Below, one piece after another: positions 37,173 through 51,200 of a stretch of 64,000 bases of DNA (within the stretch, counting starts at the first letter, position 1; each line of letters starts with the position of its first letter). The notes beneath the pieces were generated by a model that was given only the letters and a program-made list of their open reading frames with translations, made no database searches and was not told where the DNA came from. The stretch comes from Podarcis cretensis (taxonomy: Eukaryota): assembly GCA_951804945.1 (NCBI GenBank), contig OX638151.1:28954001-29018000 (forward strand), written 5' to 3'. The position numbers were made by a program, and so were the translations under genes.

Positions 37173-39533
37173 TGTCGCTCAGGGGAGAAAACTTACAGAT
37201 ACTATTTATATACTATATCCAAATAAGTTCCAGGTTGCTTGCATATATACAGTACTCACTGGGATGTTTTAGGCTGTCTTTCCATATGGTAACTTCTTTC
37301 CCATGCTCCCCACCAAAGGGACATTAATGAAAATAAATGAACTTTTCAGTACAACATCCAATATTCAGTGCAAAGGACTGTGGCTACAAACAAAATATAT
37401 ACTCTGTTTATTATCATCTAAGTAGTACTATTACCTAACCACATTACAGCTTAATAATCAAATAAAACCTATGCAAACATCATGTATTTTATTTGGTGTG
37501 GAGGGGGATATCTTTTAAAGTAAGTGGGTCTTGGTTCCATATTTTAACCCTAGTCCAGAAATACAGATGTGCTCATGGCACCCAAAATGGAGGGGTAAGT
37601 CAATTTATGTGTGCTATCACCTCCTTCCTCCAATTTGAATAGAGAAACAATTTGAGGCACGGGAAGACTTTCAGTGCATTAACCAGTAAAGAGCACTGGT
37701 TTAGGTGAGGCAATGTGATTAAAAGCAACCGTTTTTAGCAGAATGCTTTAGCTTACAGAAAATATTATTGCCATTACAATTTCACAAGCATTTAAGATAT
37801 GTGTTTGTATAAAATGCCTTCTGAATAATTTCAAGCCTTCATGGGGCTCAAAATATAAGAATAAACTTCAAGTTGTCCTCTTCTCCCAAATTCTAGTTAT
37901 TGAAGGGATTTATATCATGCCCTTCAATAACATTCCCAGTGGGGCTTTCAAAATTTCAGTTGTGCCTGTGTGGTGCTCACTTTTTGAAGGGAATAGGGAC
38001 ACAATCATGCACACATTTATACAGGTCGCTGTGATTCTGGGATATCGCTTTGTGACCCAAGAACAGTATCAATGAACCTTTGGTTTAAGTGTTCTATGAA
38101 ATGTATGTTTTTTCTCCAAAATCATAAAGGCCCTTAAAAAATGTGACTACTTTAACATAGCATATGCTCTGATAAATTGTACTTGATTTTTAATATAATT
38201 CTGACACGTGTACTAAACAATCCTATACATGCTTACTCAAAAGTATAAATCCACTGAATTCAATGTGATTTACTGGCAAGTGGATTCAGGATTGAAGACT
38301 TAACAGCACCTTTATATCAGAAATTGTTATTGCTTCAAATAAATCTGTTTAACCATAATTATGTTCAGAAGCATGCACATTCATGTTTGTGCATGCATGC
38401 ACACAGGGGGAAAGAGGACAACATAGTATCTGAAAAATAATTATTATGCCCCAATGCCGTTTTCAAAAAGGCAGCAGAAAATGTTTCTGCTTGGTGGGAA
38501 AAGAGCTGTACTTTTAAATTAGCTATATTGAATCTAGATACCATAATTCACCAAAGTGCACAGCTGCTACAATTGGGGTCAGAATTTCAAAGACACTGAA
38601 ACGCAGCATCCCCTACTTTTCTCAATGGGAGCTGCAGGGTGCACAGCAATTTTGAAAACCTAGCTGCTTTGTAACCAAGCACCTACACAAGATAGCTGGG
38701 CACTTTCCAAAATCTCTCAATATATTCAGGTGCTCAAATGAATACTGTGCCGTGTGTGTGTGTGGTTTCTCTGAGGTTGTCAAGAAAAGTGAGCCAGCTT
38801 AGACATTCATGTGCTGAGAGGAAATTACATAGACTATTTATTAATACTCTCTCACCTTAAATACACATTTTACTAAGAGACTAAATTGCTCAGGTCGGAT
38901 AAAATACCAATTTATTACTGGGGAGCAATGAAGCCAACTCAGAAATTGTCACATTGATATTCTAGATAACAACAAGGGCAAAAATGTAGACTCTCTTATT
39001 CATCTGCAATGCAACCGAGGGTAAGGGAAGAGTGGAAGCTGGTAACCCTTAGCACAACTATACAACTACTAAGATCCACTTTTATTCAATTCCCATACCA
39101 AGTCCTGTCTTTTTGTTTAAGATAATACTTCTAAAGCTGTGTCCTGATGCATAAAATATAGACACTGAAATAACTAAAAAAAATCAGCACCAGATTTCTT
39201 TTTCAAAGCCTATTTATAACATTAGGATGTTAAAACTATCAAAGTCATACATAAGAGACTGCATTCCTATCTATCTCCATTTCCTACGTTATGTGTCCAG
39301 TCTGAAGACTGTAATTTTGCTACTTTTAAGTTTTCGTTTTAGTTTATATTGGTGCTGGAAGTAAATAATGTAGCTTCTATACCCTTCACATTCCATTTCA
39401 GGTCCCTGGTTCTTTTGAGTCCCATGGCTCAAGCTGTCTTGCCCCTAAAAATACCATTTCTGCTCTCCCACCCTACCCTCAAACTTCGGCAAGACGGGAG
39501 TGACACCAGAGTTCCTTTGAACGCAAGAACATA

Positions 39534-39775
39534 CAGTGGTACTTCGGGTTACATACGCTTCAGGTTACATACGCTTCAGGTTACAGACTCTCCTAACCCA
39601 GAAATAGTGCTTCAGGTTAAGAACTTTGCTTCAGGATGAGAACAGAAATTGTGCGCCGGCGGCGCGGCAGCAGCAAGAGACCCCATTAGCTAAAGTGGTG
39701 CTTCAGGTTAAGAACAGTTTCAGGTTAAGTACGAACCTCCGGAACAAATTAAATACTTAACCTGAGGTACCACTG
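39534..39775. mobile_element. Tc1/mariner MITE
   Basis: ta|CAGTGGTACTTCGGGTTA ... TAACCTGAGGTACCACTG|ta. Confidence 0.95.
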
Positions 39776-41309
39776 TACTTATAAATTCATGAACTTTCTT
39801 CCAGACAAGAAAGAAAGAAATTTTATTATTTTTGAAAATAATAGAGGAATAACAAAAATGTGTTATTACTTATTTTTGAAGTGCTGAAAGAATATCCTTG
39901 GGTGCACATAAAACAAAATGCCAAATAAATCTAGACTATTCAAGGGAAAACATACATAAAGGTAGAGGAGCAGAATATGAGAAGCAGCTGAACAGGACCA
40001 TTGACATCGCCCACTGGACAGTGTTTAGTAAATAGAGTGTGCATGGTGACCGTGTGTTTCTATTTGACTGTCCTTGTAAAAGCAAGGCAGGGCTTTCTGT
40101 TTTTAGTGCACACTTTGGTTCAGTGTTAATCCTGTTTTATGTTGTTCACACCTGCTACCGACTAGTAGCCTGCCACAAGTTTATGGCTTGTGCTGCTTTA
40201 AGTGAATCTCGGCTAACCCCACCTAGACCATCAACAAAAGTTGCCCTACTGAACCCAAAACAAAAGCTGATCTGAGTTTTAAAAGCTTTCTAAAATCACC
40301 ATGATTCACATTCAGGTACTTTTCCTATAGTGTGTAGGGACTTGCACATTTTTTTCAGCAAAACGAAATACCTTTTAAAACTTTTTTTAAAAAAAAAAAA
40401 TTGCTACTATTATATACTATTATACATTTGGCATACATTCCATTCTGCCTAAGGAAAAATACGTATCTACTCCCATGTTGAAAAGGCCACATACATACTG
40501 ACCTGTGACAAGAAGAACATTACTATCAGATGTAAACTTAGTAAATTTTGTAAGGATATTTGCATACAACTCAACCGGATGAGTTCTGATTTTGCTTGCG
40601 GTGGTTTGAATAAAGAATGAAGAATGGCACTGAAAGTGCAAACCCCATATAAATATGCAATGTTATAAATATGCAAACCCCACATAAAAATTGGAATCGT
40701 TTTCAGTGCCAATTAGAACACTGACATTTAAAGTGTAAGAAGGGGAGAGTGTGATATGTGTGCCCACACGCACAATCAAGAGACCATTCTTCTCAGCTAG
40801 CCGTACTGTATAAGTTTCTGGAACATGCAAACACAGACACACAGAGAACTAAAAGTATTCTTACCTCCCATCTTCAGCATGATCCGTTGAAAACAGATCT
40901 ACAGGCCAAAATTTTATATAGCTTTATAAGCTTAAAGACTTAACAGTGCAGGCCCATGAAAGTCTTATTTTTTTCAGTTGGTCCTCCCTAGTAAATGTGC
41001 CTAAGGTTGCAACCTAAATCAATACCACAGGAAAAAATAATTTCCCTGTCAAGCATCAGCCCCTTCCACTAAAAAGTGTAACATCACATCTCTAAACAGT
41101 ATATTTTATATACTGGGTAGATACCAACTTTAGCATACCAGTTTGTTTTTCAGATGTTCCACCTTGCCCATTTACTCTCTGCTAATGAGGCCCGGTCAAA
41201 TTATCTGACCATAATATCTGCCCAGCACATGTTAAGAGCGCTGTCCTGAGACTGAAGAATAAGTGCATAGGAAGAGCATATTGATCCCTGCATCTATGTG
41301 TTGCCACAA

Positions 41310-41452
41310 AACATAGGAAGTTACAAAAGTCGCTTTTACTTGGTAATCTCCAGGGTTTCAGACTAGGATATTGTCATTTCTATGCCAGAGAATGAACCTG
41401 GGAATTTCTGCATGCAGAGCCGATGCTCTACCACTAAGCTACAACCCTTTCC
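41310..41452 (-). mobile_element. Degenerate Squam2-like SINE
   Basis: Minus strand GTAGCTTAGTGGTAGAGCATC...TGCATGCAGAAA..CCCAGGTTCATT (tRNA-Ala-like head) and cttcctatgt tail. Confidence 0.7.
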
Positions 41453-44400
41453 TAAAACTAGGTCCTTTACACGCAAATAATGTCCTTTACCGTTGAGCTA
41501 CATCCCTTCTCCAAGTTGTAGGACCACTGTCGCAGGAAACTGAGACAAGCATCTAATTTTAGACCTTCTCTTTCGAGGACTGTTGCCTATATAGCCTGTT
41601 TCTGCAGCCATGGGGCTGCTTTCATCTCACTTACTTCCACATGGTCCTCTTTTCCTGAGGTAGATGAGCACTGACTTCACAGCAGCCGCGCTCTCCATGG
41701 CACTGCAGAGTGAAGCTAGCCTGCAACTGGAGACCAGATGACTCTATATCATCATCCCTGATGTAATGTCTCTACTGTAGTCTGCACAGGGGGCAGAACA
41801 ATGTCTGCGCAGCCTCTTTCCAAGTCACACTGCAGCAACAGCAACAGAGAAGCCATAAGACAGCTCCTAGCCTTTCATCCCATGGTCTAATCTGTAGCCA
41901 ACTGAATTCAGCCAGCCTTTTAAAGTGAAATCAGTGAATTTTCCATCAGCTCATACACAGCTGAGGGAGCGGGGGGGGGGGGGTCAAATAAAAGGTTTCC
42001 AGAAGGCCCACTTGGATGTGTCACACAGCCAAAAATCTCTGCTGTTGTTATTGCTGCTAAAACTCCAGGCCTACACTTACAAAGTTTACCATCTTTTGCA
42101 ACTTTTTTTAAAAAAATCACAGAGATTTGAAAATAATAAGGCATTTTGAAAGCCCAAAAGTTAGCATTTCGGAACAGTTTAATCATACTTCAATGACATG
42201 GGCAAAGCTGTACAGCTACACGTTTATCCACGTCACTGGCAATAGTAACTTACCGATAATTTGGTATTTGTGGTTTGGAGTAATATTGTTGATTTCCAGG
42301 CAATGTTATTAGTGGCTGAAAGAAAACAGTGGTGTGCCCTGCTGTCTTCCAGCACTGCTTCCAAATATGCCTGCTTCAGGAGGAGATAAGACTACTTTAT
42401 TTTGATTGCAGTGTTTTCCCCAGGCAGACAATTTTATTTCAGTTTGAATCTTTAAACCATTACATTTTCAGTGATGCATTTTTATATTTACAGTTGACAT
42501 CTTCGCAGAAGAATGAAACCTCTGAGCAACAGCTCTTAAAGCATGAAGTTTGCCTCAAGTAAGTACTTAAATTATTTTACACACAAATGGAGCCAGTTGT
42601 CTTTAGCTAAAATTTGATAAACCTTAAACTGAAGACCTTTCCTCTAAATGAAGGTCTCAAATTGTGAAAATAAACTTGCCAATGAAATATATATTTGCCC
42701 ATACAAAAAGCCTATTGAAACCAGAATGGTTGGGACCATTTATCAGCTTGTCAACATTTTGCTCTTAAAAGTCCCACTCTCAGTTAAAAGTACAGAACAA
42801 GGGTGTCTCGATTAATCGAATGCTATTGACACAAATGGGCGACAGTGATCTCAATGAGGATAATGAATAAAAATCCCAAATCAATCAACTGTGGTTTATA
42901 GTACCATTTATCAATCTGAGTGCATCAAAGTTATCTGCACGCAGGAAGAGAAGCATAATAATGTTATAGTATGATATTAGAACAGCCTCAAAATAACATA
43001 CATCCCTAAGGATCAACTAAAAGGATCAACTAAAGCAGTGGCTTGTAATGCTAAATATTATATCTATATTAATTAATTGTATATAAAATTAGTCAAACCT
43101 CAAACAATGTCTTACCAAGTATGTGTTGTTTTTGTCCACTTAAGTGATGGTGTTAGTATCACTATACGTATATTGACTATATGTATATTGAGACTTTAAG
43201 GTTGCAGTTCTATACGCACTAATCTGGGAATAAGGCCCATTAAACTCAATAGGATTTACCGGTACATCAGACCTGACATGCACAGGATCACACTATGGTA
43301 CGAAATTAAAATTTTTTAGAAAGCTGCCTATATACTTCTCTTTATTTCATTTCATTTTTTTATAAACTAAAAAAGAGTAGACTTTTGTTTTGCTTTAAAA
43401 ACCGCCACAAAATAATTATACTGGGAAATATCACAATATTATATGACTTTTAGCTTTACATTATAGCGATGATTAAATTTCTAGTCTCACATTATTGAAA
43501 ACAATGCTGGCTATGTCAGAATATAAAGTATGTGCTTCCTGGTAAGATTAGGACACACATTTAATAGAATGGATAAAGATGCTGAAATTTTCTGAAGAAC
43601 GCTTGAAACAGATGTAGTCCACTTATCAAAAGAGCTGTTGTTGTTGCCAAGGGCTTCTTTCTCAATATATTCACCTGCACTTTAGTCAAGGTATTAAGTC
43701 CTCCCCTTCATTACTGCATACTCACAAGCACCCTACTATTCAATTTAAATGGAAAAAAGGCATGACATGTCTAAAACATTTACTTTTGCTAATGTAAAAG
43801 TGTTGGCATTTTGCTCCATTCCTGATAAGCTGGTGCCAGTGGAAGTGATTATTCTTTTCTTATTCAAAGCATATCAGCAGCCGAAAGCACTCTCAATCTT
43901 ATCAGGTGTATGAACAGCGCAGTTACTGAAAACAGTTTGTCCTGCTTCTCTCTCTTTCTGCCAGGCTATCAGATAAACCCAACTAACTAACTGTATTTAC
44001 ACACAATCAAACATAAGCTGTATCTTCGAAGAACTGTTGACTGATTTCAACATGCCACAGGTTTGCTGCTTGACACTGGTGACACAAAAATGCCAGCAGT
44101 GTGTATCCTCAAACTGCAATCATGGAAAAGGTCCCTCTATAAAAACATGCCAGAAACATACCAGACAAAAAGTGGGTGGCAGCAAGGCAACAAGAGGCCT
44201 TAGGAATTATCAACCTTGGTCTACTTCCCTCATTATAATGGCACCCCAGTATACTGGTATGATTTCATGGTGCGTGAGTCTTCTTTGACATTGAACACAC
44301 ATTTTCTCTATAGGGTGTTGCTTTTTATCATGCTCTTGGCTTGCTAATTCCCTTTAATTCATTTTTAATGTTTATTAGTAAACACAGAAAGCAACCACTC

Positions 44401-47400
44401 GAACTATGGAGATAGCATATGCAATAGAAATGCTTAAAATAAATATTAAATTTGATTACAAAGTGCATAATCCTTGCTCTACAGAAGGCAAAAGCTGTGG
44501 AGTGTGATTGCCCCCCATCCCATGCATCCCAGCTTCTTTTGCTGAATACCCTGGCAGAACAGAAAAACACAGGCACATACTACACCTGAGCCCATCTTGT
44601 GCTTCTACCTCAACTCCAGAAGCAGAATGAGCATCCTTTAGATTTGTAGGAAAACAATGAGATGAATTAAACCAAGTGTGCTGTGCTGTGTAATTCAGCC
44701 GATTGTTGCTTCTCCATCTGTGAAGCCATGGTCCCCTTGATTGATGGGACAGGTGTCACTCATACTAATGTAAACTGGTAGCAGCGGATGCTCAGCTCTT
44801 GCTAATATGACCCTAGTACTCCTGTAGAAAACCATTTTCTAATACAGTGATGATACTGTTCCTAGTTGTCTTCCTTCAGATACTGAAGTCCCATCTTCCA
44901 CCTCTACTATTTCTGGGAAAATATAATGTAAAAGAAACAGACTTTCATGCTGTTTCAGAACATATGACCACCCCCTCTAGGCAGATGGCTGCTGTCAGAA
45001 TAAGCCACTTATGGAACAATTATTCGTTATTGGAATATTTAAACTGCTAACCTGGAAAATATATTTTTGCTGTGTAAATACTGTATAGTGTTTGTTATCA
45101 GTCAATACATTTATTTGCATGTTGATATTCGCCACCTTTCCAAATCTACCATTATATATTTCCCAATTTTGGATGCTCCACCTCCTTATTATGTCCCCCC
45201 CCCCCATCTTAACTTTAAACAAACAAAGCAAATTATTTATTTGTTGGTTCACTAACCTACATGGACCAGGCTTGCCAAAATGAATTCCTCTGGTGTATAT
45301 TTCAGCCATAATACCCTTTTCATCTGACATCACCTGGGAATATTTAAGGAAAAAAGAAGAGCCTTTAACTTAAGAATCAAACTAAAACCTGCAGTAAACC
45401 CCAAGTAATTACAATACGTAAAAAAGGTGTCTTGCAAACAAATAAAAAAGGCAACTGCACATCCATATATAAAGGTCAGCCCTTGCTTTCTAACAACTTA
45501 AGACATAAATTGAATGTTATTTCAAACAGCAGTCTGAATGCAATGAACAACCATGTTCCATCGCGTACGATATTAATATTTTATTCACTATTGTTGGTAG
45601 GATATAGAAATGCAAAGAAAAACAAAACATTGCAGAAAATAGTGGACGTTTTCTCCAATACTATTGTTGTTGACAAACTATAAGGAAAGAGAGGAACAGA
45701 AACCCAGGGTGTAAGAGCAGATAGCGTTGAAAAAGCCATCTCGTTCTCCCCCCCGCCACACATTATGTTCTTATCTACTTGCATCTTTATAAGGGAAGGA
45801 ATTTAACTATTGCTCTTGGGCAAGCCCACTTCACTTTATGTGTCTTTTATCCATTATATTTGTTACTGACTGTACATCTGTATGCTTTTAAGGAGATAAA
45901 AGTTTGAACTGAGGTCGTCTTGTTTCTGGCTGGCGCTCCACACATTTTTTTGCTATGTGGGTTTGAAAACAAGCATCCACAGATTGGCAACATGTTCTCA
46001 TTCTAACTAGCCACAGCCATCAACGTCTGATCACACCTATTAAAATCGCTTTGTAGCCCATGCAACATCTTGCGACAGCTTGACCAGTTGTTTAAGGAAA
46101 GGGTGTGTGATGGAGCAAAGCTAAATCGACACATCTGTGATACTTCGGATGCCCCTCAGCATGGCTAATATTAATTTGTTTTCTTTGGCTAGGTAAGTGC
46201 TGCCAAAACACATTACATATGGTATGTAGTTCCAATCAAAATGATGAAAAGGAGATGTGCACTTTTGTCTCACTCAAAACATGAAAAGACACAGAGGAAT
46301 AAGTGAGACAGCAGCATGCAAACTAATAAGGCTGAGAAAAAGGTCTATGTGGATTTTTGTTTGACCATTGTTTTCTATCAGAATTCACAAGGCTAGTTGC
46401 GCTTATTTTAATGGAGGGTACCCAAAGATTCCACTGCTTGAGTGGAAAACACTTTCCCTCATTGGGCTGGGGAGGGTGGTTATCTCTCCCCCCCCCCTTT
46501 GCATCCCCCTGCCCTGCAAAAACTGGTTCCAGAGGGAACTCTCCTAAGTAGATTTTGGGAAGAAAGGAGGCCTGTAGGTAATGGAGCAAATCAGCAGCTC
46601 CCAATACATGAGCACAGCAAGATCGTTTGATCTTAACTTACAAATTTGACTTCCAGGAATTGATACTTTAAAAATACTTAAGTTGTATTTTAAGCTTTAG
46701 TTATATGAATTCTATTATTTAGATGATTAACCAATTTCAGATTTACAGTTACTGAAGAAAATACCTTTTTTCCAGTTATAAAGAAGAAGAAAAATAAGAC
46801 TGTTGGCTTTTGTACATTGCTACTATATTTTAAAATATGTGTAAAATATACACAATTCTTTAAAACAATAATATATGCATTAGTTTGTTTGTGGGAAGGT
46901 GGGAGAGAAAGAAAACTTTTTAAAAAGCAACACCTGCTTCATTAAAGACTGTTATAACAGATGTACATTTTAGCATGACAGCTATCTGCTCCCCCTTTAG
47001 AGGCATAATTTTTAATACAGCCTTTAGAGTAAAAAAGGAAAATTCAACTCAACATTATGAGCAACAAGAACTTTTGACCCAGATATGCAAAAAAGGGGAA
47101 AGTTCTTTTTTTAAAAAAAGCACGTTTTATGAAGCAATAATTGGTGATCGGATAAAGCAAGTGTTTTGAAAGGGGGGAATTCTAGGCAAAAGTTTTCTTT
47201 CATAAAATTTAAAAAGCATTTTAAAATAACTAATTTATATAGAGGAGCCTGTTTTAACTACTAACCTGCTCTGACTGGAGAGAATAAATGTTTCACAATT
47301 GGAAAGGAAGGAATACAGCATAATTGCACTGAGGTCTATATACTACATGATCAAATAAGGCTATGTTGCCATCTTAAGTCTTATTATTCACCAGTATGTC

Positions 47401-48213
47401 CCGCTGAAATAAATGGAGCTTAATAATATGCATATTTTTAAAGGATTGCAGCTTCTTAGGAGGATTTAGTCTTCAGGCATGTATCATTATGCCAGAATGA
47501 CACAAGTTACTTTGGAGAGCAAAACAATTACATTTTTAGAATTCGTTGTATCTGATTATTATAAAATTTGGAGCAATTAGAGCAAACTCCTATAAAGGAT
47601 TTTTTTAAATGTTCTAAGAGCATCCAAACTCACCAGAAAACATTTAGAATACAAGCATAAATAAAAAGGTGTATGCAACATATAGAAGTTTACATTAAAA
47701 TAGTTTAATTTTCTATTTTAATATTTCTGTTAAAAGCAATACTTTTAATATAAAATTGACCATATGTCAGAAGAGTTATGTATTCAGTTCTGCCTTGGGA
47801 ATGCAAACATAAAAATCCTATATGTTACAACTGATGAACGCAGAAGTTCAGAGAACTGTATTATGGTATCTTCTGTTGCAGAGAAATATGAAGGAGAAAA
47901 CAACAGCAAAATAACCAAATAAAAAAATAACCAAAGGAACGCATCAGCCAACAAAAAGTCTAGACAATCTAATATCTACATTGTTATTTAGTGAGTTTCT
48001 TTCTTCAAGATAACAAATTTCAAAAGCTGTTTGCTTATGTATACTGTATACAACATGCAAATATAATTACAATGTACATACTCTAAGATGTAGACACATA
48101 AAGCTGGCGCCTATGTGCCTATTCAGCCATTATCAGCTGTGATAAAAACATGATTTTTTTAATATCAGTGTAAATAAACACTGATATGCCTTAGCCAAGT
48201 GTAACTGGATATG

Positions 48214-48289
48214 GAAAGAAAGAAAGAAAGGAAGGAAGGAAGGAAGGAAGGAAGGAAGGAAGGAAGGAAGGAAGGAAGGAAGGAAAGAA
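48214..48289. repeat. (AAAG)n(AAGG)n polypurine microsatellite
   Basis: Direct observation. Confidence 0.97.
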
Positions 48290-51200
48290 ATGAGAGAGTG
48301 AATCCTCCCCAAAAATGTAGAGAATATGTAAAATGCGGATCTCAGACTACAGGAGACTGCTGGTTGTCATTCCAGCACTATCAAACATATACACATGAGT
48401 ATGATTGGAGACAGAGAAGCTAAATATTTCACTGTCAGAGCATGTCGAGAAGTGCAATTCATTTCTCTCTCATGTGCTTTAGGACAATGACAATTTAATA
48501 CAAGGCCACTGGATGTAAAAGAGATAAAAACCAAACCAGCCCAGCATAATCACAGATTTCCTCCTGAGAGTTTGCTAGGGCTAGAGAGGCACTAGGTAGA
48601 TATCAACGTTTATTGTTTCTGTCCCCAATGAATGTGTTATGAAGCAGAGACCAAGGCATACGTAATATAAAGAGTTGCTTTAAACTTCTAGAGAGATGTT
48701 CTCCCATATTTCTTATTTACCCCATATTTATCCCATATTTCTTACATTCAGCATTTTTACTGACTGATAATAGGATAACAAGAATATTCATAAAGGGCCA
48801 TTGCTTTGAAGAGTGTCAATAAATATTGGTGTTCATTTCTATACGCTTTTGCAGCGATACCAAAGCCAAAGGTCACTGTGCATCAGAAATGTTCAATACC
48901 AGGAAGTTTGCCAGACTATTTAACCATACTGCTAATAAAAAAGAAAGAAAATAGAATATAGCATCATGTTATTAACCTAAGATTGCATAAAATACTAGCC
49001 TCTGCCTTAAAATGGGAAGGGGTTTCAGGAATTGTCTAAAAACAATCACATACAAGTTACCTTCTGTGTTTGATGTATACTGCCATGCATTCTGAAATTA
49101 ATTGCAAAAGTAGGGCTTGGCTAATGAGGCGGTCCTTATCTTTCCTCAGCAGTCCAAGCGGAAGTATTCCCCCCCCCCCTGCAGGCTTAATATGTTTTTC
49201 CTTTCTTTAAATTCCCAAAGTGATACCCAAGGTAACTTCAAATCAGATAAAACCCACAGAAGTCATCTCCTGAACCATCATCCTTCGCCAACAACAACAA
49301 TAACAACTCTTGAGCAGAATAGGTTTGTTTCTGTTGTTATCAGGAGAAGAAAAGAATAATGTGATGAGATCCATCCCTCTTCACACTTCTTAAGTGTATT
49401 TAAAACAACTAATCAAGAGTATTAGTTATGCCCCGTAATATAAATTATTTCCAAAGTATATCTACAAAAAAAGTCTTAAGGTAAGAATTGCTTTAAAATG
49501 GGACAGCAAACCTTTGGTGAGAAAGTGAGGGGGGAGAATAACAGTGGAGGGGGGGGAATCATCATCCATTCAAGAGAATTAATGGATATTCACAAGGGCT
49601 TTGCTAATAACACAGGTTAATTACTGCTGCAACACACCAGGCTCAGTAAATAAAAGAGTAGAACCATAAACACATTAAAAGGAGCAACCACTACTAAAAA
49701 AAAAAGGGGGGGGGGGAGGTCAGGCCCAGCAAATAAAAAGCTGTCAGACAGCCATTTCAGCACCAGCTCTTTGCACTCTATGACAGCTGTAAAAACTTGC
49801 AGAAAAGGCATATGAACAACAAAAATCCAAACTTGGAAAATATAGTAAGGGAGTGTATGACGAGGCCCATTTGGGTAGACGTGTAAGAACTGAATAGGAA
49901 AAGCCATACACTCATTCTCATTTAATCAGTAGGCATGCTTACACCTTGTTGTATTTGAATTTAGGGGACAGTGTTCTTTAGGTTTCTTCCCCATACATAC
50001 CCCCCTATTATATTAATACGCATACACATATAGTGTTCTTACCCACAGATGATGTGTTCTTATTTATATAGGACATTTATCACATCCATGATATAGGTAG
50101 CCCTCATCTCAAGAAGTCTATCCTTGCAGTCATAATAAGGAGCATTAACTTCTTATTAATTATCATCTACCCCTCCCCCACAGCAAATATTGCATAGATT
50201 TTCCAGATCAAATTTTACTGGAAATAAGAACTATGCAACAAAAGGAGGGAGGAAGTAACACACATTTAAATAAGTGATATTGACAAAGAAGAAAATGAAG
50301 ACTCCAGCAAAGCAGCTCTCAAATTTATACTGTTTTTGACAGTGAAATCTGTAAACAATCTTTCAAAGCACTCAAGTATCTTTGGTCTCCCAATTCCAAC
50401 ATCAGTGTTCACTATTAAAATTTTAGCCATCCGTCCTAAGTTTCAGTTCTTGGCATATCACATTTACTACAAAACAAGTTGGTTTCTAAAATAATGTGCA
50501 CTGTGACATTCATTTTAGCTGTGCTTCATTTCAGTACTGTTGTATTTTAATGGGGGAAGTGTGGAAGAGGTCGAGGGTTCAAATTCATGAAACGGACAGA
50601 GCTACAGAGGTAAACGTACACAGCTCAGAGAAGATATCTGAAGTCACAAATCTATTTGCCTCTCTATGCCTGGCATTCAGAGATCATGTTTAAATTTACT
50701 AAGCTAGTTCCTCCCCCTCCCCTTTTTTGGAGTGTTTCAATTGCCTTTCCTTCTTCCAACAGCTGTGACAACTGTTAAAACAGTCAGTAAAATTAAGTCC
50801 GCTCTTTAATCCTTTAGTCAATGTTATATTTTAATCAGAGGTTTGAGATTTTGCATTATGAGCACACCGTTTCATTTAGAACAATTAAAGTGACAAACAC
50901 ATGCGTAAATCAGCAACTATATTTGTTGCATCTGTTCCATTATTAACTGCTATTTGAAATTATTAGTATTACTGGTTTTGCTGAAAAGGCAAAAGCAAGG
51001 TTTGCAGCTGGCTTTAAGTTTTTGCATTCTTTAACATGCGCTAGCCAGATATCAAAGCATACCTAATGTCAGTGAGGCAGATGTCTATGTGCTCCCCAAA
51101 TGTTCTGTCAGTTTTTAGCCTGGCTTCCCTCCCCACCACCACAATACACACTCAATAAAGTGTAAGCTCTAGAAGTAGTCCACTACTTTTATTTAATCTC

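Noticed and set aside
49754-49770. REST/NRSE site (TTCAGCACC; also near 10815 and 63342)
   Set aside because: Only the left half-site is present, with no GGACAG right half.
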